From NCBI RefSeq assembly GCF_004684245.1, contig NZ_CP038452.1, positions 822,796-854,795 of the forward strand: a stretch of DNA of 32,000 nt, written 5' to 3'. Shown in pieces: positions 1 through 9,752 of this stretch. How positions within the stretch are numbered: position 1 is the stretch's first letter; each line of letters begins with the position of its first letter. A model generated the notes under the pieces. That model searched no databases and was not told the DNA's origin. It saw only the letters and a list, made by a program, of their open reading frames with translations. Source of the DNA: Thermus caldilimi (GTDB lineage Bacteria > Deinococcota > Deinococci > Deinococcales > Thermaceae). A program made the position numbers and the translations under genes.

Positions 1-276
1 GGCCGCGCGCACCACCTCGGCAAGCTTGTCCCCCTTTAAAAGGGCGGGGTAAAGGGCCACCTCCACCCCCACCTCCCGCTCCGGACGCCGTTCCTCCAGG
101 ATGCGGTAGCGCACCGGCGGCCCCAGCTCCACCACCTCCGCCAGGGCTTCCCGGTCCACGTCGAAGACGGTGAAGCGATCTCCCACCTTGGCCCGCAACA
201 CCTCCAGGAGGTGCCGGCTTTCCCTTAAGGGAAGCTCCCCGGTAAGGCCTGGGCTGTAGGCGCGGTGCGGGCGCAT
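1..276 (-). CDS. rsmE: 16S rRNA methyltransferase RsmE, N-terminal part (gene runs off the left edge)
   Basis: Minus-strand ATG at 276..274, 4 nt after the prmA stop. Hand translation MRPHRAYSPGLTGELPLRESRHLLEVLRAKVGDRFTVFDVDREALAEVVELG... looks like the RsmE N-terminus. prmA-rsmE adjacency is common. Absent from the ORF track because it is truncated by the window edge. Confidence 0.7.
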   Translation of the reverse strand, partial: MRPHRAYSPGLTGELPLRESRHLLEVLRAKVGDRFTVFDVDREALAEVVELGPPVRYRILEERRPEREVGVEVALYPALLKGDKLAEVVRAA

Positions 277-279
277 GGC

Positions 280-1044
280 TCAGATCCCGTAGGCCAGCAA
301 CACCCACTCCCCTTCCCTCTCCTCCTCCAGGAGGGAAAAGCCTTCCCTGGCCATGGCCTCCTTCACCAGGGTGGCCTTTTCCGCCAGGATCCCCGTGAGG
401 AGAAGCCTCCCCCCAGGGGCCAAGGCCTTTGGATAAAGGGGGGCCAGCTCCCGGTGAAGCTCCGCAAACAGGTTGGCCACCAGGAGATCAAAGGGCCCGT
501 AAGGCAGGGCTTCCTCGAGGCTACCCGGGAGGAAGCGGACCCCGGCCCCGTTTCTTCTGGCGTTCTCCTCCGCCTGGGGAAGCACGGTTTCGTCAATATC
601 CACCCCCAAGGCCTTGCCCCCCAGCTTGGCGGCGGCAATGGCCAGGATGCCCGAGCCCGTACCTAGGTCTAGCACCCTTTCCCCAGGACGCAGGTAGCGG
701 GCCAGGGCGGAGAGGGCCAGGCGGGTGGTCTCGTGGTGCCCGGTGCCAAAGGCCATGCCGGGCTCGATCACCAAGGGTATCCCCTCCCCCTCCCAGGGGT
801 GCCAGGGAGCCAGCACAAGGAAGGGCCCAGCCCACACAGGCTTAAGGTCCCGCCGCCAAGCCTCTAGCCAGTCCTCGTCGGGAAACTCCTCCCATACTCC
901 CCCAAAGGGGAGGTCCAGAGGAGCGGGGAAATAGGCCCACACCTCCCCCTCCCGCTCCTCGAGGCCCCGGGCCCCCCGGTCAAAGAGCTCGGGGATCAGG
1001 GGGTCCAGCTCCGCCGCCGTACCCTTCAGGCGGTAAACCCACAC
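280..1044 (-). CDS. prmA: Ribosomal protein L11 methyltransferase PrmA
   Basis: 254 aa ORF with the SAM-binding motif VLDLGTGSGILAIAA and the GTGHHETTRL motif typical of PrmA. The length matches Thermus PrmA as recalled. Confidence 0.93.
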   Translation of the reverse strand: MWVYRLKGTAAELDPLIPELFDRGARGLEEREGEVWAYFPAPLDLPFGGVWEEFPDEDWLEAWRRDLKPVWAGPFLVLAPWHPWEGEGIPLVIEPGMAFGTGHHETTRLALSALARYLRPGERVLDLGTGSGILAIAAAKLGGKALGVDIDETVLPQAEENARRNGAGVRFLPGSLEEALPYGPFDLLVANLFAELHRELAPLYPKALAPGGRLLLTGILAEKATLVKEAMAREGFSLLEEEREGEWVLLAYGI

Positions 1045-1048
1045 CTCG

Positions 1049-1645
1049 CTATTCTACCCGGTAGCGGCAGCAGCTCCCCCCTTCGGCGATGCGCTCCTCC
1101 CGAAGGAGGGGTAGGCCCAGGAGCTCCTGGTAAGCCAGGAGTTCGCTTTGGCAAAGGGCCTCGTGCTCCCGGGAGAGGGCCAGCTTGGGGCAGCGCTTCT
1201 GGCAAAGGTACAGCTTCCCCCCTTCCTCCACCACCTCCGCCTCGTAGCCCTGCTCCCTCAGGAACTGGGCCAGGCGGGCCAGCCGCTCCCTCAAGGGCAA
1301 AGCCCCTAGGTTCAGGGGGGCGAAAAGACTCCGGTTCCTTTCCAGAAGCAGGCGTACTACCCCCTCCTGACCCAGAACCTTTTCCGCTTCTCTAAGCACA
1401 TCCCCACAAAGGGAAGCGTAGGGAGCCTCCCTGTCCTGGGCTATGTACAGGCGGTAGGGCCGGCCCCGGCCCAGGCACTTCCTCATCTCCGAGCGCACCA
1501 GGCCCCGGGCCTCGAGGTCCTGGAGGTGCTTCAAGATGGCCACCCGGCTCACCCCAAGGGCTTCGGCCAGCTCCTTGGCGGTATAGGGCCTGAGCCTCAG
1601 GAGGTCCAGAACGCGTTCCTTGGTGCCTTCCAGAACAAGGGCCAT
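1049..1645 (-). CDS. Winged-HTH transcriptional regulator with Cys-rich C-terminal domain (SufR/ArsR-like)
   Basis: I take the internal start MALVLEGTKERVLDLL (cat at 1643..1645). The longer track ORF overlaps mrp. N-terminal wHTH (YTAKELAEALGVSRVAILKHLQDLEARGLV). C-terminal cysteines LCQKRC...C...CC. The start lies 1 nt after the mrp stop. Confidence 0.75.
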   Translation of the reverse strand: MALVLEGTKERVLDLLRLRPYTAKELAEALGVSRVAILKHLQDLEARGLVRSEMRKCLGRGRPYRLYIAQDREAPYASLCGDVLREAEKVLGQEGVVRLLLERNRSLFAPLNLGALPLRERLARLAQFLREQGYEAEVVEEGGKLYLCQKRCPKLALSREHEALCQSELLAYQELLGLPLLREERIAEGGSCCRYRVE

Positions 1646-1646
1646 A

Positions 1647-2699
1647 TCAGGCCATGGGCAAGGCGATGAAGGCTTGCACGCTGAGGGCGGCGGCCAGCTC
1701 CCGGGCCGCCTTGCGGAAGGCTTCCGCCTCGGGACCCTCGGGGGCCTCCACCAGGATGGGCCGCCCGCGGTCGCCGCTTTCCCTAAGGGGGAGGGTGAGG
1801 GGGATCTCCCCCAGGAAGCGGGTCTTGAGCTTCTCCGCAAGCCGCCTTCCCCCCCCTTCCCCGAAGATGGGGGTGGGCTTGCCGCAGTGGGGGCAGAGGA
1901 AGTGGCTCATGTTCTCCAAAACCCCCAGGACGGGCACCTGAACCTTCTTGAACATGTCCGCAGCCCTCTCGGCATCGATCAGGGCCACCTCCTGCGGGGT
2001 GGTCACGATCACCCCACCGGAAACCTTGGTGAGCTGGGTGAGGGAAAGCTGCACATCCCCGGTGCCCGGAGGAAGGTCCACCACCAAATAGTCCAGCTCC
2101 CCCCAGTTCACGTCCTCCAGGAATTGCTTTATGGTGCCGTGAAGGATGGGCCCGCGCCAGATCATGGCCTGACCCGGGGGGACGATGTTGGCGATGGAAA
2201 GGACCTTGAGGCCAAAGGCCTCGAGGGGGAGGATCTTGCGGTTTTCGTCCACCTTGAGCCTCTGCCCTTCCAGCCCGAACATCTTGGCCTGGCTGGGCCC
2301 GTAGAGATCGGCGTCCAAGAGGCCCACCCGGGCCCCCTCCTGCAAGAGGGCCAGGGCCAGGTTGGCGGCCACGGTGCTCTTGCCGACACCCCCCTTGCCG
2401 GAGCCCACCGCCACCACGTGCTTCACCCCAGGGATGGGGTACTGCTCGGGAGCCCTAACCCCACCGCCGAAACGCACCCGTACCTCCTCCACCCCCAAAG
2501 GATGAAGGGCTCGCTTGATGTCTGCCTCTATCTGGCCCTTTAAGGGACAGGCGGGGGTGGTGAGGTTGACCAGGAGGTCCACCCGGCTTCCCTCCAGCCT
2601 CACCTCCCCCACCATGCCCAAGGAAACCAGATCCTTGCCCAACTCGGGGTCCATCACCGTGCGCAGGGCCTCGAGGACCCGCTCTTCCGTAAGCGCCAT
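1647..2699 (-). CDS. mrp: Fe-S cluster carrier ATPase Mrp/ApbC (ParA/MinD family)
   Basis: Start chosen at MALTEERVLEAL (cat 2697..2699). N-terminal MIP18/DUF59-like domain, deviant Walker A GSGKGGVGKST, and CPHCG Fe-S ligand motif. Confidence 0.9.
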   Translation of the reverse strand: MALTEERVLEALRTVMDPELGKDLVSLGMVGEVRLEGSRVDLLVNLTTPACPLKGQIEADIKRALHPLGVEEVRVRFGGGVRAPEQYPIPGVKHVVAVGSGKGGVGKSTVAANLALALLQEGARVGLLDADLYGPSQAKMFGLEGQRLKVDENRKILPLEAFGLKVLSIANIVPPGQAMIWRGPILHGTIKQFLEDVNWGELDYLVVDLPPGTGDVQLSLTQLTKVSGGVIVTTPQEVALIDAERAADMFKKVQVPVLGVLENMSHFLCPHCGKPTPIFGEGGGRRLAEKLKTRFLGEIPLTLPLRESGDRGRPILVEAPEGPEAEAFRKAARELAAALSVQAFIALPMA

Positions 2700-2796
2700 A
2701 CCGGGCTCAGGGTATACCCGGATATGGTTTTGGGCAAGGGGGAGACTCACAGTTTTCATCAAAACCCTCCCCAGGCCTGGGCTAATATGGGTTCGC

Positions 2797-3402
2797 ATGT
2801 ACCCCGAGTGGCGGAAGCAACCCTTCTTTGAACTCCACCTGGCCTGGCTGGTTCAGGGACCCAGGGGCTACGACCTTCTCTTCAAGGTCAACCCCTATAG
2901 CCTTTACAAAACCCGCGAGGAAGCCCTGGAGGCCGCCAAAGCCCTTCTAAAGGGAGAAAGGCTGGACCAGGATCCCAAGGTGGGAAGGAACAAGGCTCCC
3001 GTACTCCTTTCCCCGGAGGACCACACCCGCTTCCTGGTCCTTTTGGAAAGCGGCAAAGCCCTTTTGCCCCTGGACCGCTATGCCCTTTTGGGAGAGATCT
3101 CCTTGGTGGAAGAGCGCCTTCTCCACCGGGCTCCCTTCCGGGACCCCAGCAACGTCCTCTATAGCCTCAAGGACCTCCCCGTCCGGCTCTTCCACACGCC
3201 CGTCAACGACCCCGAGGCGGATTCAAAGGAGGTATCCCAGGGAATCCTCCAGCTGGAACCTGAGGGGATACGGGTGGGGGAAACCTTCCTGGCCATCCCC
3301 GGGGAAACCCCGATAGAGGGCCTGGCCTACGAGGATGCCTTCTTCGACCTGGGGGAGGGCCACTACTACCTCTATGCGCTTTCCGGTTCCACGCCCTCGT
3401 AG
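2797..3402 (+). CDS. Hypothetical protein (201 aa)
   Basis: ATG at 2797 (MYPEWRKQPFF...) in the frame of track ORF 2515..3402. The upstream part of that ORF overlaps mrp and looks spurious. Host-like codon usage. No family recognised. Confidence 0.55.
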   Translation: MYPEWRKQPFFELHLAWLVQGPRGYDLLFKVNPYSLYKTREEALEAAKALLKGERLDQDPKVGRNKAPVLLSPEDHTRFLVLLESGKALLPLDRYALLGEISLVEERLLHRAPFRDPSNVLYSLKDLPVRLFHTPVNDPEADSKEVSQGILQLEPEGIRVGETFLAIPGETPIEGLAYEDAFFDLGEGHYYLYALSGSTPS

Positions 3403-3495
3403 AGTCTAAGGTGCCCTCCAAGAGGGCCAACCGGGCCCTTTCTGGGCCAGCATCCCCTGAATGCACCCACCCAGCTTGGGTAAACTATCGGAAGC

Positions 3496-6084
3496 ATGGA
3501 CCTACCCAAGGCCTACGACCCCAAGACCGTGGAACCCAAGTGGGCGGAGAAATGGGCGAACCACCCCTTTGTGGCCAACCCCAAAAGCGGCAAGACCCCC
3601 TTCGTCATCTTCATGCCGCCCCCCAACGTGACGGGAAGCCTGCACATGGGCCACGCCCTGGACAACTCCCTACAGGATGCCCTCATCCGCTATAAGCGCA
3701 TGCAAGGGTATGAAGCGGTCTGGCTCCCCGGCACGGACCACGCGGGCATCGCCACCCAGGTGGTGGTGGAAAGGCTTCTCCTGAAAGAGGGCAAGACCCG
3801 GCATGACCTGGGCCGTGAAGCCTTCCTGAAGCGGGTTTGGGAGTGGAAGGAGGAATCGGGGGGCACCATCCTAAAGCAACTCAAACGCCTTGGGGCCAGC
3901 GCCGACTGGAGCCGGGAGGCCTTCACCATGGACGAAGTCCGCTCCAAGGCGGTGCGCTACGCCTTCAGCCGCTACTATCACGAGGGCCTGGCCTACCGGG
4001 CCCCCCGCCTGGTCAACTGGTGCCCCCGGTGCGAAACCACGCTTTCGGACCTGGAGGTGGAAACCGAGCCCACCCCGGGAAAGCTCTACACCCTGGCCTA
4101 CGAGGTGGAAGGCGGCGACCGCCTCGCCATCGCCACCGTAAGGCCGGAAACCGTATTCGCTGACCAGGCCATCGCCGTCCACCCCGAGGACGAGCGCTAC
4201 CGGCACCTTGTCGGCAAAAAGGCCCGCATCCCCCTCACGAACATCTGGATCCCCATCCTGGCGGACAGCGCCGTGGAGCGGGAGTTCGGCACCGGGGCCC
4301 TCAAGGTGACCCCAGCCCACGACCCCCTGGACTACGAGATCGGGGAACGGCACGGACTGGAGCCGGTTTCCGTCATCAACCTGGAAGGACGTATGGAGGG
4401 GGAACGGGTGCCCGAGGCCCTGCGGGGCCTGGACCGGTTCGAAGCCCGGAAAAAAGCGGTGGAGCTCTTCCGGGAGGCAGGCCACCTCCTGAAGGAGGAA
4501 GACTACACCATCCAGATGGCCACCTGCTCCCGCTGCGGCACGCCCATTGAGTACGCCATCTTCCCCCAGTGGTGGCTTTCCATGAAGCCCCTGGCGGAAA
4601 AAGTCATCCAGGGCCTAGAACGGGACGAGATCGCCTTCGTGCCCGAGCGCTGGAAGAAGGTGAACATCGACTGGCTGAGGAACGTCAAAGACTGGAACAT
4701 CTCCCGCCAGCTCTGGTGGGGGCACCAGATCCCCGCCTGGTACTGTGAGGACTGCGGGGCGGTGAACGTGCCGCACCCTGAGCGCTACCTGGAAGACCCC
4801 AAGGTTTGTGAGGCTTGCGGAGGCCAGAACCTCAGGCGGGATGAGGACGTCTTCGACACCTGGTTCTCCTCGGCCCTTTGGCCCCTTTCCACCCTGGGTT
4901 GGCCCGAGGCGACGGAGGACCTCCAGGCCTTCTACCCCGGGGACGTCCTGGTCACGGGCTACGACATCCTCTTCCTATGGGTGAGCCGCATGGAGGTCTC
5001 CGGCTACCACTTCCGGGGGGAAAGGCCCTTTAAGACCGTGCTCCTGCACGGCCTGGTTCTGGACGAGAAGGGGCAGAAGATGTCCAAATCCAAGGGGAAC
5101 GTCATAGACCCCTTGGAGATGGTGGAGCGCTATGGGGCGGACGCCTTGCGCTTCGCCCTCACCTATCTGGCCACCGGGGGACAGGACATCAGGCTGGACC
5201 TCCGCTGGCTGGAAATGGCCCGGAATTTCGCCAACAAGCTTTACAATGCCGCCCGCTTCGTCCTCATGAGCCGCGAAGGCTTCCAGGCCAAAGCGGAAGA
5301 GCCCACCCTGGCCGACCGCTTTATGCAAAGCCGTTTAAGCCGGGGGGTGGCGGAAATAACCCGCTTTTACGAAGCCCTGGACCTGGCCCAAGCGGCCAGG
5401 GAGATCTACGAGCTGGTCTGGAGCGAGTTCTGCGACTGGTACCTGGAAGCCAGCAAGCCAGCCCTGAAGGCGGGGAACGCCTTTACCTTACGCACCCTCG
5501 AGGAAACCCTCGCCACCCTCCTGAAGCTCCTCCACCCCCTCATGCCCTTCCTCACCAGCGAGCTCCACCAGGCCCTCACGGGCAAGGAGGAACTGGCCCT
5601 CGAGGCCTGGCCCCAACCCAAGGCCACGGACGAGGAAGCCGAAGCTCAGTTTGAAGCCCTCAAGCAGGCGGTAACGGCGGTGCGGGCCCTGAAGGCCGAG
5701 GCCGGGCTTCCCTTGGCCCAGGAGGTGCGGGTCTACCTGGAGGGGGAAGCTACGCCCGTGGTGGAGAACCTGGAGGTTTTCCGCTTCCTGGCTCGGGCCG
5801 AGCTGTTACCCGAGCGGCCCCACAGGGCCCTGGTGAAGGCCATGCCCAAGGTGACGGTGCGCATGCCCCTAGAGGGCCTCCTCGACGTGGAGGAGTGGAG
5901 GCGTCGGCAGGAGAAGCGTCTGCAAGAACTCCTGGCCCTGGCAGAAAGGAGCCAGAAAAAGCTTTCCGCCCCCGGCTTCCGGGAGAAGGCTCCCAAGGAG
6001 GTGGTGGAGGCCGAGGAGGAAAGGCTGAGGGAAAACCTGGCCCAGATCGAGCGCCTCCGGGAGGCCCTCAGCCAAATAGGGTGA
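3496..6084 (+). CDS. valS: Valyl-tRNA synthetase
   Basis: 862 aa. HIGH-type motif PPPNVTGSLHMGH, KMSKS motif, C-terminal coiled coil. Length equals T. thermophilus ValRS as recalled. Confidence 0.97.
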   Translation: MDLPKAYDPKTVEPKWAEKWANHPFVANPKSGKTPFVIFMPPPNVTGSLHMGHALDNSLQDALIRYKRMQGYEAVWLPGTDHAGIATQVVVERLLLKEGKTRHDLGREAFLKRVWEWKEESGGTILKQLKRLGASADWSREAFTMDEVRSKAVRYAFSRYYHEGLAYRAPRLVNWCPRCETTLSDLEVETEPTPGKLYTLAYEVEGGDRLAIATVRPETVFADQAIAVHPEDERYRHLVGKKARIPLTNIWIPILADSAVEREFGTGALKVTPAHDPLDYEIGERHGLEPVSVINLEGRMEGERVPEALRGLDRFEARKKAVELFREAGHLLKEEDYTIQMATCSRCGTPIEYAIFPQWWLSMKPLAEKVIQGLERDEIAFVPERWKKVNIDWLRNVKDWNISRQLWWGHQIPAWYCEDCGAVNVPHPERYLEDPKVCEACGGQNLRRDEDVFDTWFSSALWPLSTLGWPEATEDLQAFYPGDVLVTGYDILFLWVSRMEVSGYHFRGERPFKTVLLHGLVLDEKGQKMSKSKGNVIDPLEMVERYGADALRFALTYLATGGQDIRLDLRWLEMARNFANKLYNAARFVLMSREGFQAKAEEPTLADRFMQSRLSRGVAEITRFYEALDLAQAAREIYELVWSEFCDWYLEASKPALKAGNAFTLRTLEETLATLLKLLHPLMPFLTSELHQALTGKEELALEAWPQPKATDEEAEAQFEALKQAVTAVRALKAEAGLPLAQEVRVYLEGEATPVVENLEVFRFLARAELLPERPHRALVKAMPKVTVRMPLEGLLDVEEWRRRQEKRLQELLALAERSQKKLSAPGFREKAPKEVVEAEEERLRENLAQIERLREALSQIG

Positions 6085-6631
6085 GCCGGGGATCTTGGGC
6101 CTCTCCCGGAGCCTCGGCCACCGCCTCGGCCCGGCGCAGGTTCAAGGTGACGAAGGGAAAGGTTTCCAAAGGTTCCAGGTTCACGACGGGTTCGTGGGGG
6201 TTGAGGACGTAAAGCTTGGCCTCGAGGAGGGTCTGGAAGGGCTTGGCCTGGGAAAGGTGGTCGGAAAGCCGCACCCCCCGGGGAAGCAGGAGCTCGCCCG
6301 AAAGAAGGTAGTCCCCAAAGAGAAAGGCCAGCTTGCGCCGCTCGAGAAGGCTTGGGCTGGTGCGGGGCTCGCTGGGTTTCCCCCCCGCCACCCACTGGAT
6401 CCGCTCCTTGCGCAGAGCCAGGAAGCTGGTGCTGGCCTTGAGGTCCTTGGCTTCCGGGGGATGGGTGTAGCCCGGGGTGTAAAGGAGGGCACCGGTGACG
6501 GGAAGATAGGGCCTCTCCTGGTTCAAGAGGTCGGCGGTGCCCGCCCCGGGCACCAGGTAGATGAGCCCGTAGACCCGGTAAGCCTGGGTGTAGATCCTGG
6601 CCTCATGTACCTCTCGGGGCTGCTTGTACAT
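6068..6631 (-). CDS. Hypothetical protein (187 aa)
   Basis: Non-repetitive ORF with host-like codon usage filling the valS-recJ gap. Its 3' end overlaps the valS 3' end convergently by 17 nt. No family recognised. Confidence 0.5.
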   Translation of the reverse strand: MYKQPREVHEARIYTQAYRVYGLIYLVPGAGTADLLNQERPYLPVTGALLYTPGYTHPPEAKDLKASTSFLALRKERIQWVAGGKPSEPRTSPSLLERRKLAFLFGDYLLSGELLLPRGVRLSDHLSQAKPFQTLLEAKLYVLNPHEPVVNLEPLETFPFVTLNLRRAEAVAEAPGEAQDPRLTLFG

Positions 6632-6634
6632 CCT

Positions 6635-8653
6635 TCACCCCCTATTCGGCAATACATGTGCCCTATCGGGCAAAGCCGCCCAGTAGGCCAACAGGGCCTC
6701 GCTGAAAAGGGGGGCATGCCCTCGCTGATAGGCGAAGAGGAGCCTCTGCCCCACCAAGGCCCTAAGCCGCTCCTCGTCCGTGGGGAGCATGGGCGGAGCC
6801 AGGAGCCTGGCCCGGGTACCCGCCCCCAGGGCCACATACACCGGACCGCGGGGAAGCCCCACGGGGGTAGGGGGTATCCCTAGCCAAAGGGTAGCTTCCT
6901 CAGGGCTTAATAGGCGAAACCCCGCCCTCTTCACATACTCCAGGCCCTCGGGGTTATCCTCGGGAACGTATACCCCCTCCCCCATCCTGGCCCGGGCCAA
7001 GGCCTCGGGCAAAGGAATGGGATAGGCAAAGGGCTCCATCCCTCCCTCCAGCTCCCCGGGCTCCCGGAAGTCCAGGGCCTGGGCCTCATAGGACACGGTA
7101 CCGTTCCAGCGGTTTTCCACCAGTAAGACAGCGGCTTCCAACTCCGAGGGCATAGCGGCCGCCCGCTCCCCCATGCGCCAGGCCACCACCCTAACCCCCT
7201 GCAGGCGGAAGGCGAGGTGCTTTCCCTCCCCCATGGAGCGGATCTCCTCCGGGGAGCCTTGGAGAAGGAAAAGGGGCTCGGGATTCCCTTCCCCAAAGGG
7301 CTCTAAGGCCAGCAAGGCTCGGTGAAGGTCTGGAAGGGACGCCAAAGGGGGTAAAAGCCCTACAAGGGGCACTTCCCGCACGGGGTCGGGGAGGGAGGCG
7401 GCAAAGGCCTCCACCCGCTCCTTAAACCGGGGGAAATGGGCCTCATCCACGGCAAAGCCCGCAGCCTCCCGGTGGCCCCCATAGCGGAGAAGAAGGTCCT
7501 CGGCACTCCTTAAGGCCTCCACGGCGCTGATGGGGGGGAGGCTTCGCACCGTGCCCTTTCCCTGAGCCACGAGGAAGACCGGGCGCAAGGTGGCCTCGAG
7601 GATCCGGCTCGCCACGATACCCATCACGCCCGGATGCCCCTCCGGGTCGTGGAGGACGATGGCCTTGGCCTCGGGATCCGCCTGGGGAAGGAGCCTTTTC
7701 AGCATCTCCTCCTCTATGGCCTGGCGGCGAGCGTTCAGCCGATTGAGCTCCTCCACCAAATCCCTGGCCTCCTCCTCGTCCTCCGTGAGCAGGAGCCTAA
7801 GGGCTTTCTCCCCCTCCCCCAGGCGGCTTGCCGCATTGATGCGGGGAGCGATGCGGAAGGCCACCTCCACCGCCTTCCCCGTGTAGCCCACGTTTTCTGC
7901 AAGGAGGCGAAGCCCCAAGGAGCAGGAGTCCTTAAGGCGCTCAAGCCCTTCCCGCACCAAGGCCCGGTTCCACCCCCAAAGGGGAGCCACGTCGGCGATG
8001 GTGCCCACCGCCGCCAGGTCGGCATACTCCAGGGGCGGGGGCAGGCCCAGCCGCTCATGTAAGGCCCAAAGGAGCAGGAAGGCCACCCCGGCCCCCGTGG
8101 GGTGCTCCTTAAGGTCCGGGGTGTAGGCGGGATGGAGAATGACCCCCGGAGGCGGGGTATCGCGGGGCGTGTGGTGGTCGGTCACCAGAACCTCCACCCC
8201 GTTCTCCACCAGCTCCCGAAGCTCGGCATGGTTGGCGATGCCGCAGTCCACCGTCAGGAAGAGATCGGCGGCTTCCCGATGCTCGGGGAGGCGCTTGGGG
8301 TGGACTCCATACCCCTCCTCGAGACGGTGGGGGATAAAGGGATGCACCTCCGCCCCCAAAGCCCTAAGGCCCCGCACCAGGATGGCAGTTCCGGTGAGGC
8401 CATCCGCATCGTAGTCCCCGTGGATGCGGATGCGCTTCTTCCCCTCTAGCGCCCAAAGGAGAAGCTCCACCGCCTCCTTAAGGCCGCTTAGGGGAAGAAG
8501 GCCCAGGGAAGGCCTGAGGTCCACCGGGCGGCGCACCCCCCGGTGCCAGTAGGCTAAAGCAGCCTCCGGCCCCACCCCAAAGGCCTCCATCACCTCCCGC
8601 CACTCCTTCAAGGGCGGCAAGGGAAGAAGACGCCAGCGCACCCGGTCCTTCAT
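6635..8653 (-). CDS. recJ: Single-stranded-DNA-specific 5'-3' exonuclease RecJ
   Basis: Start at MKDRVRWRLLPLPPL (cat 8651..8653). DHH motifs HGDYDADGLTG, VDCG, TDHH and the DHHA1 motif GGH are present. Very similar to T. thermophilus RecJ as recalled. Confidence 0.93.
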   Translation of the reverse strand: MKDRVRWRLLPLPPLKEWREVMEAFGVGPEAALAYWHRGVRRPVDLRPSLGLLPLSGLKEAVELLLWALEGKKRIRIHGDYDADGLTGTAILVRGLRALGAEVHPFIPHRLEEGYGVHPKRLPEHREAADLFLTVDCGIANHAELRELVENGVEVLVTDHHTPRDTPPPGVILHPAYTPDLKEHPTGAGVAFLLLWALHERLGLPPPLEYADLAAVGTIADVAPLWGWNRALVREGLERLKDSCSLGLRLLAENVGYTGKAVEVAFRIAPRINAASRLGEGEKALRLLLTEDEEEARDLVEELNRLNARRQAIEEEMLKRLLPQADPEAKAIVLHDPEGHPGVMGIVASRILEATLRPVFLVAQGKGTVRSLPPISAVEALRSAEDLLLRYGGHREAAGFAVDEAHFPRFKERVEAFAASLPDPVREVPLVGLLPPLASLPDLHRALLALEPFGEGNPEPLFLLQGSPEEIRSMGEGKHLAFRLQGVRVVAWRMGERAAAMPSELEAAVLLVENRWNGTVSYEAQALDFREPGELEGGMEPFAYPIPLPEALARARMGEGVYVPEDNPEGLEYVKRAGFRLLSPEEATLWLGIPPTPVGLPRGPVYVALGAGTRARLLAPPMLPTDEERLRALVGQRLLFAYQRGHAPLFSEALLAYWAALPDRAHVLPNRG

Positions 8654-8698
8654 ATAACCCCCTAAGCCTCCCTCCCCCATCCCCCAAAGTGGGGATCG

Positions 8699-9013
8699 CT
8701 ACACCTCTTCCCGATCGGGGATTCTGGGAATCTCCTCAATGCGTTCCCGCTTTAAGGCGTTGACCTCGCCCTGAAGCCGCCGCACCTCCCGGAGAAGGGC
8801 ACGCCTTTCCCCCACGCCCCAAAGCCAAAGAACCAGGGCATACACTCCCCCCACCAAAAACCCCAGGGCATAGACCCCCGGAAGAAGGTAGTAAAGGGGC
8901 CAGGAACCCAAGGGCGTGGGCACCTCCAGGAAGGGGAAGGCCAGGTACAGGTAAAACCCCGCTCCCGCCACCCCCAGGGTGACGAGGAGAAACACCCAGT
9001 GGGCCAGCTTCAT
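8699..9013 (-). CDS. Small membrane protein with C-terminal coiled coil (LapA/DUF1049-like)
   Basis: 104 aa with two hydrophobic helices followed by a charged helix LLREVRRLQGEVNALKRERIEE. Packed tightly between hisA and recJ. Confidence 0.6.
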   Translation of the reverse strand: MKLAHWVFLLVTLGVAGAGFYLYLAFPFLEVPTPLGSWPLYYLLPGVYALGFLVGGVYALVLWLWGVGERRALLREVRRLQGEVNALKRERIEEIPRIPDREEV

Positions 9014-9017
9014 GGCC

Positions 9018-9728
9018 TTAGAATACCCCCTCTTTGTAGTCGGAAAGGCGCACCCGCCCCTCGTACAGGGCCTTGCCTAAAAGGGCGCCCTCCACCCCCA
9101 GGCGCTTTAAACCCAGAAGGTCCTCCGGGCCAGCAATCCCCCCGCCTGCGATGAGCTCATGGGGCCAAGCCTGCCGCACCCGGGCCACCGCCTCCAGGTC
9201 CAAGCCCTTCAGGGTCCCATCCCGCCGCACATCGGTGTAGATCACCGTGCGCACCCCCAGGGCTTCCCAACGCCCAAGGAGGTCCAGGGCGGAAAGGGAA
9301 GTGGCCTCCTGCCACCCTGAGACCACCACCTCGAGGCCCCGGGCATCCAAACCCACCGCCAGCCTAGCAGGCCCCACCTCCGCCAACATGGCCTCCAAGA
9401 GGGCAGGATTCTTCACCGCCACCGTGCCCACCACCACCCGGGAAGCCCCCAGCAGGAGGATCTCCTGGAGAACCTCCAAGGAACGCACCCCACCCCCCAC
9501 CTCAAAGGGAATGCGTATCTCCTGGGCGATCCGCCGGAGGGCCTCGAGGTTATCCCCCTTTCCCAGGGCCCGGTCCAGGTCCACCAGGTGCAGGAGCCTG
9601 GCCCCCTCTTCCTGCCAGCGCAAGGCGGCCGCCACCGGATCCCCGTACTGGGTCTCCCGCCCCGGGTCCCCCTCGTAAAGCCGGACCGCCTTGCCCCCCT
9701 TCAGGTCCACGGCGGGAATCAGCAACAT
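9018..9728 (-). CDS. hisA: ProFAR isomerase HisA
   Basis: Start at MLLIPAVDLKGGKAVRL (cat 9726..9728) with an AAGGA Shine-Dalgarno sequence upstream. (beta/alpha)8 HisA motifs: AVDL, GGGVRS, GGGI. The track start at 9746 lies inside the phage junction and is rejected. Confidence 0.92.
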   Translation of the reverse strand: MLLIPAVDLKGGKAVRLYEGDPGRETQYGDPVAAALRWQEEGARLLHLVDLDRALGKGDNLEALRRIAQEIRIPFEVGGGVRSLEVLQEILLLGASRVVVGTVAVKNPALLEAMLAEVGPARLAVGLDARGLEVVVSGWQEATSLSALDLLGRWEALGVRTVIYTDVRRDGTLKGLDLEAVARVRQAWPHELIAGGGIAGPEDLLGLKRLGVEGALLGKALYEGRVRLSDYKEGVF

Positions 9729-9729
9729 G

Positions 9730-9746
9730 GGGCTATCCTTACACAT
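9730..9746 (+). other. attL junction: host left-target GGGCTATC, CT core (9738..9739), phage left end TACACAT
   Basis: Defined by the guide matches in the candidate bridge RNA and by the clean trpC/hisA reconstruction (see findings). Confidence 0.6.
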
Positions 9747-9752
9747 TTAGAC

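Noticed and set aside
6068-6084. 17-nt convergent overlap of the valS 3' end with the 187-aa hypothetical gene
   Set aside because: Short convergent overlaps are common in compact Thermus genomes, and nothing further is supported by the sequence.
9741-9750. Alternative junction with a TGT or GT core (joining ..GATTTG to TGTAAGG..)
   Set aside because: That join would fuse trpC in frame to hisA with no stop codon. The CT-core reconstruction gives a proper stop and agrees with all four guide matches.
9588-9752. N-terminal extension of the Rep ORF back to 9588
   Set aside because: The extension lies antisense inside hisA and in host DNA left of the junction. The conserved Rep N-terminal motif begins right after the ATG at 9753.
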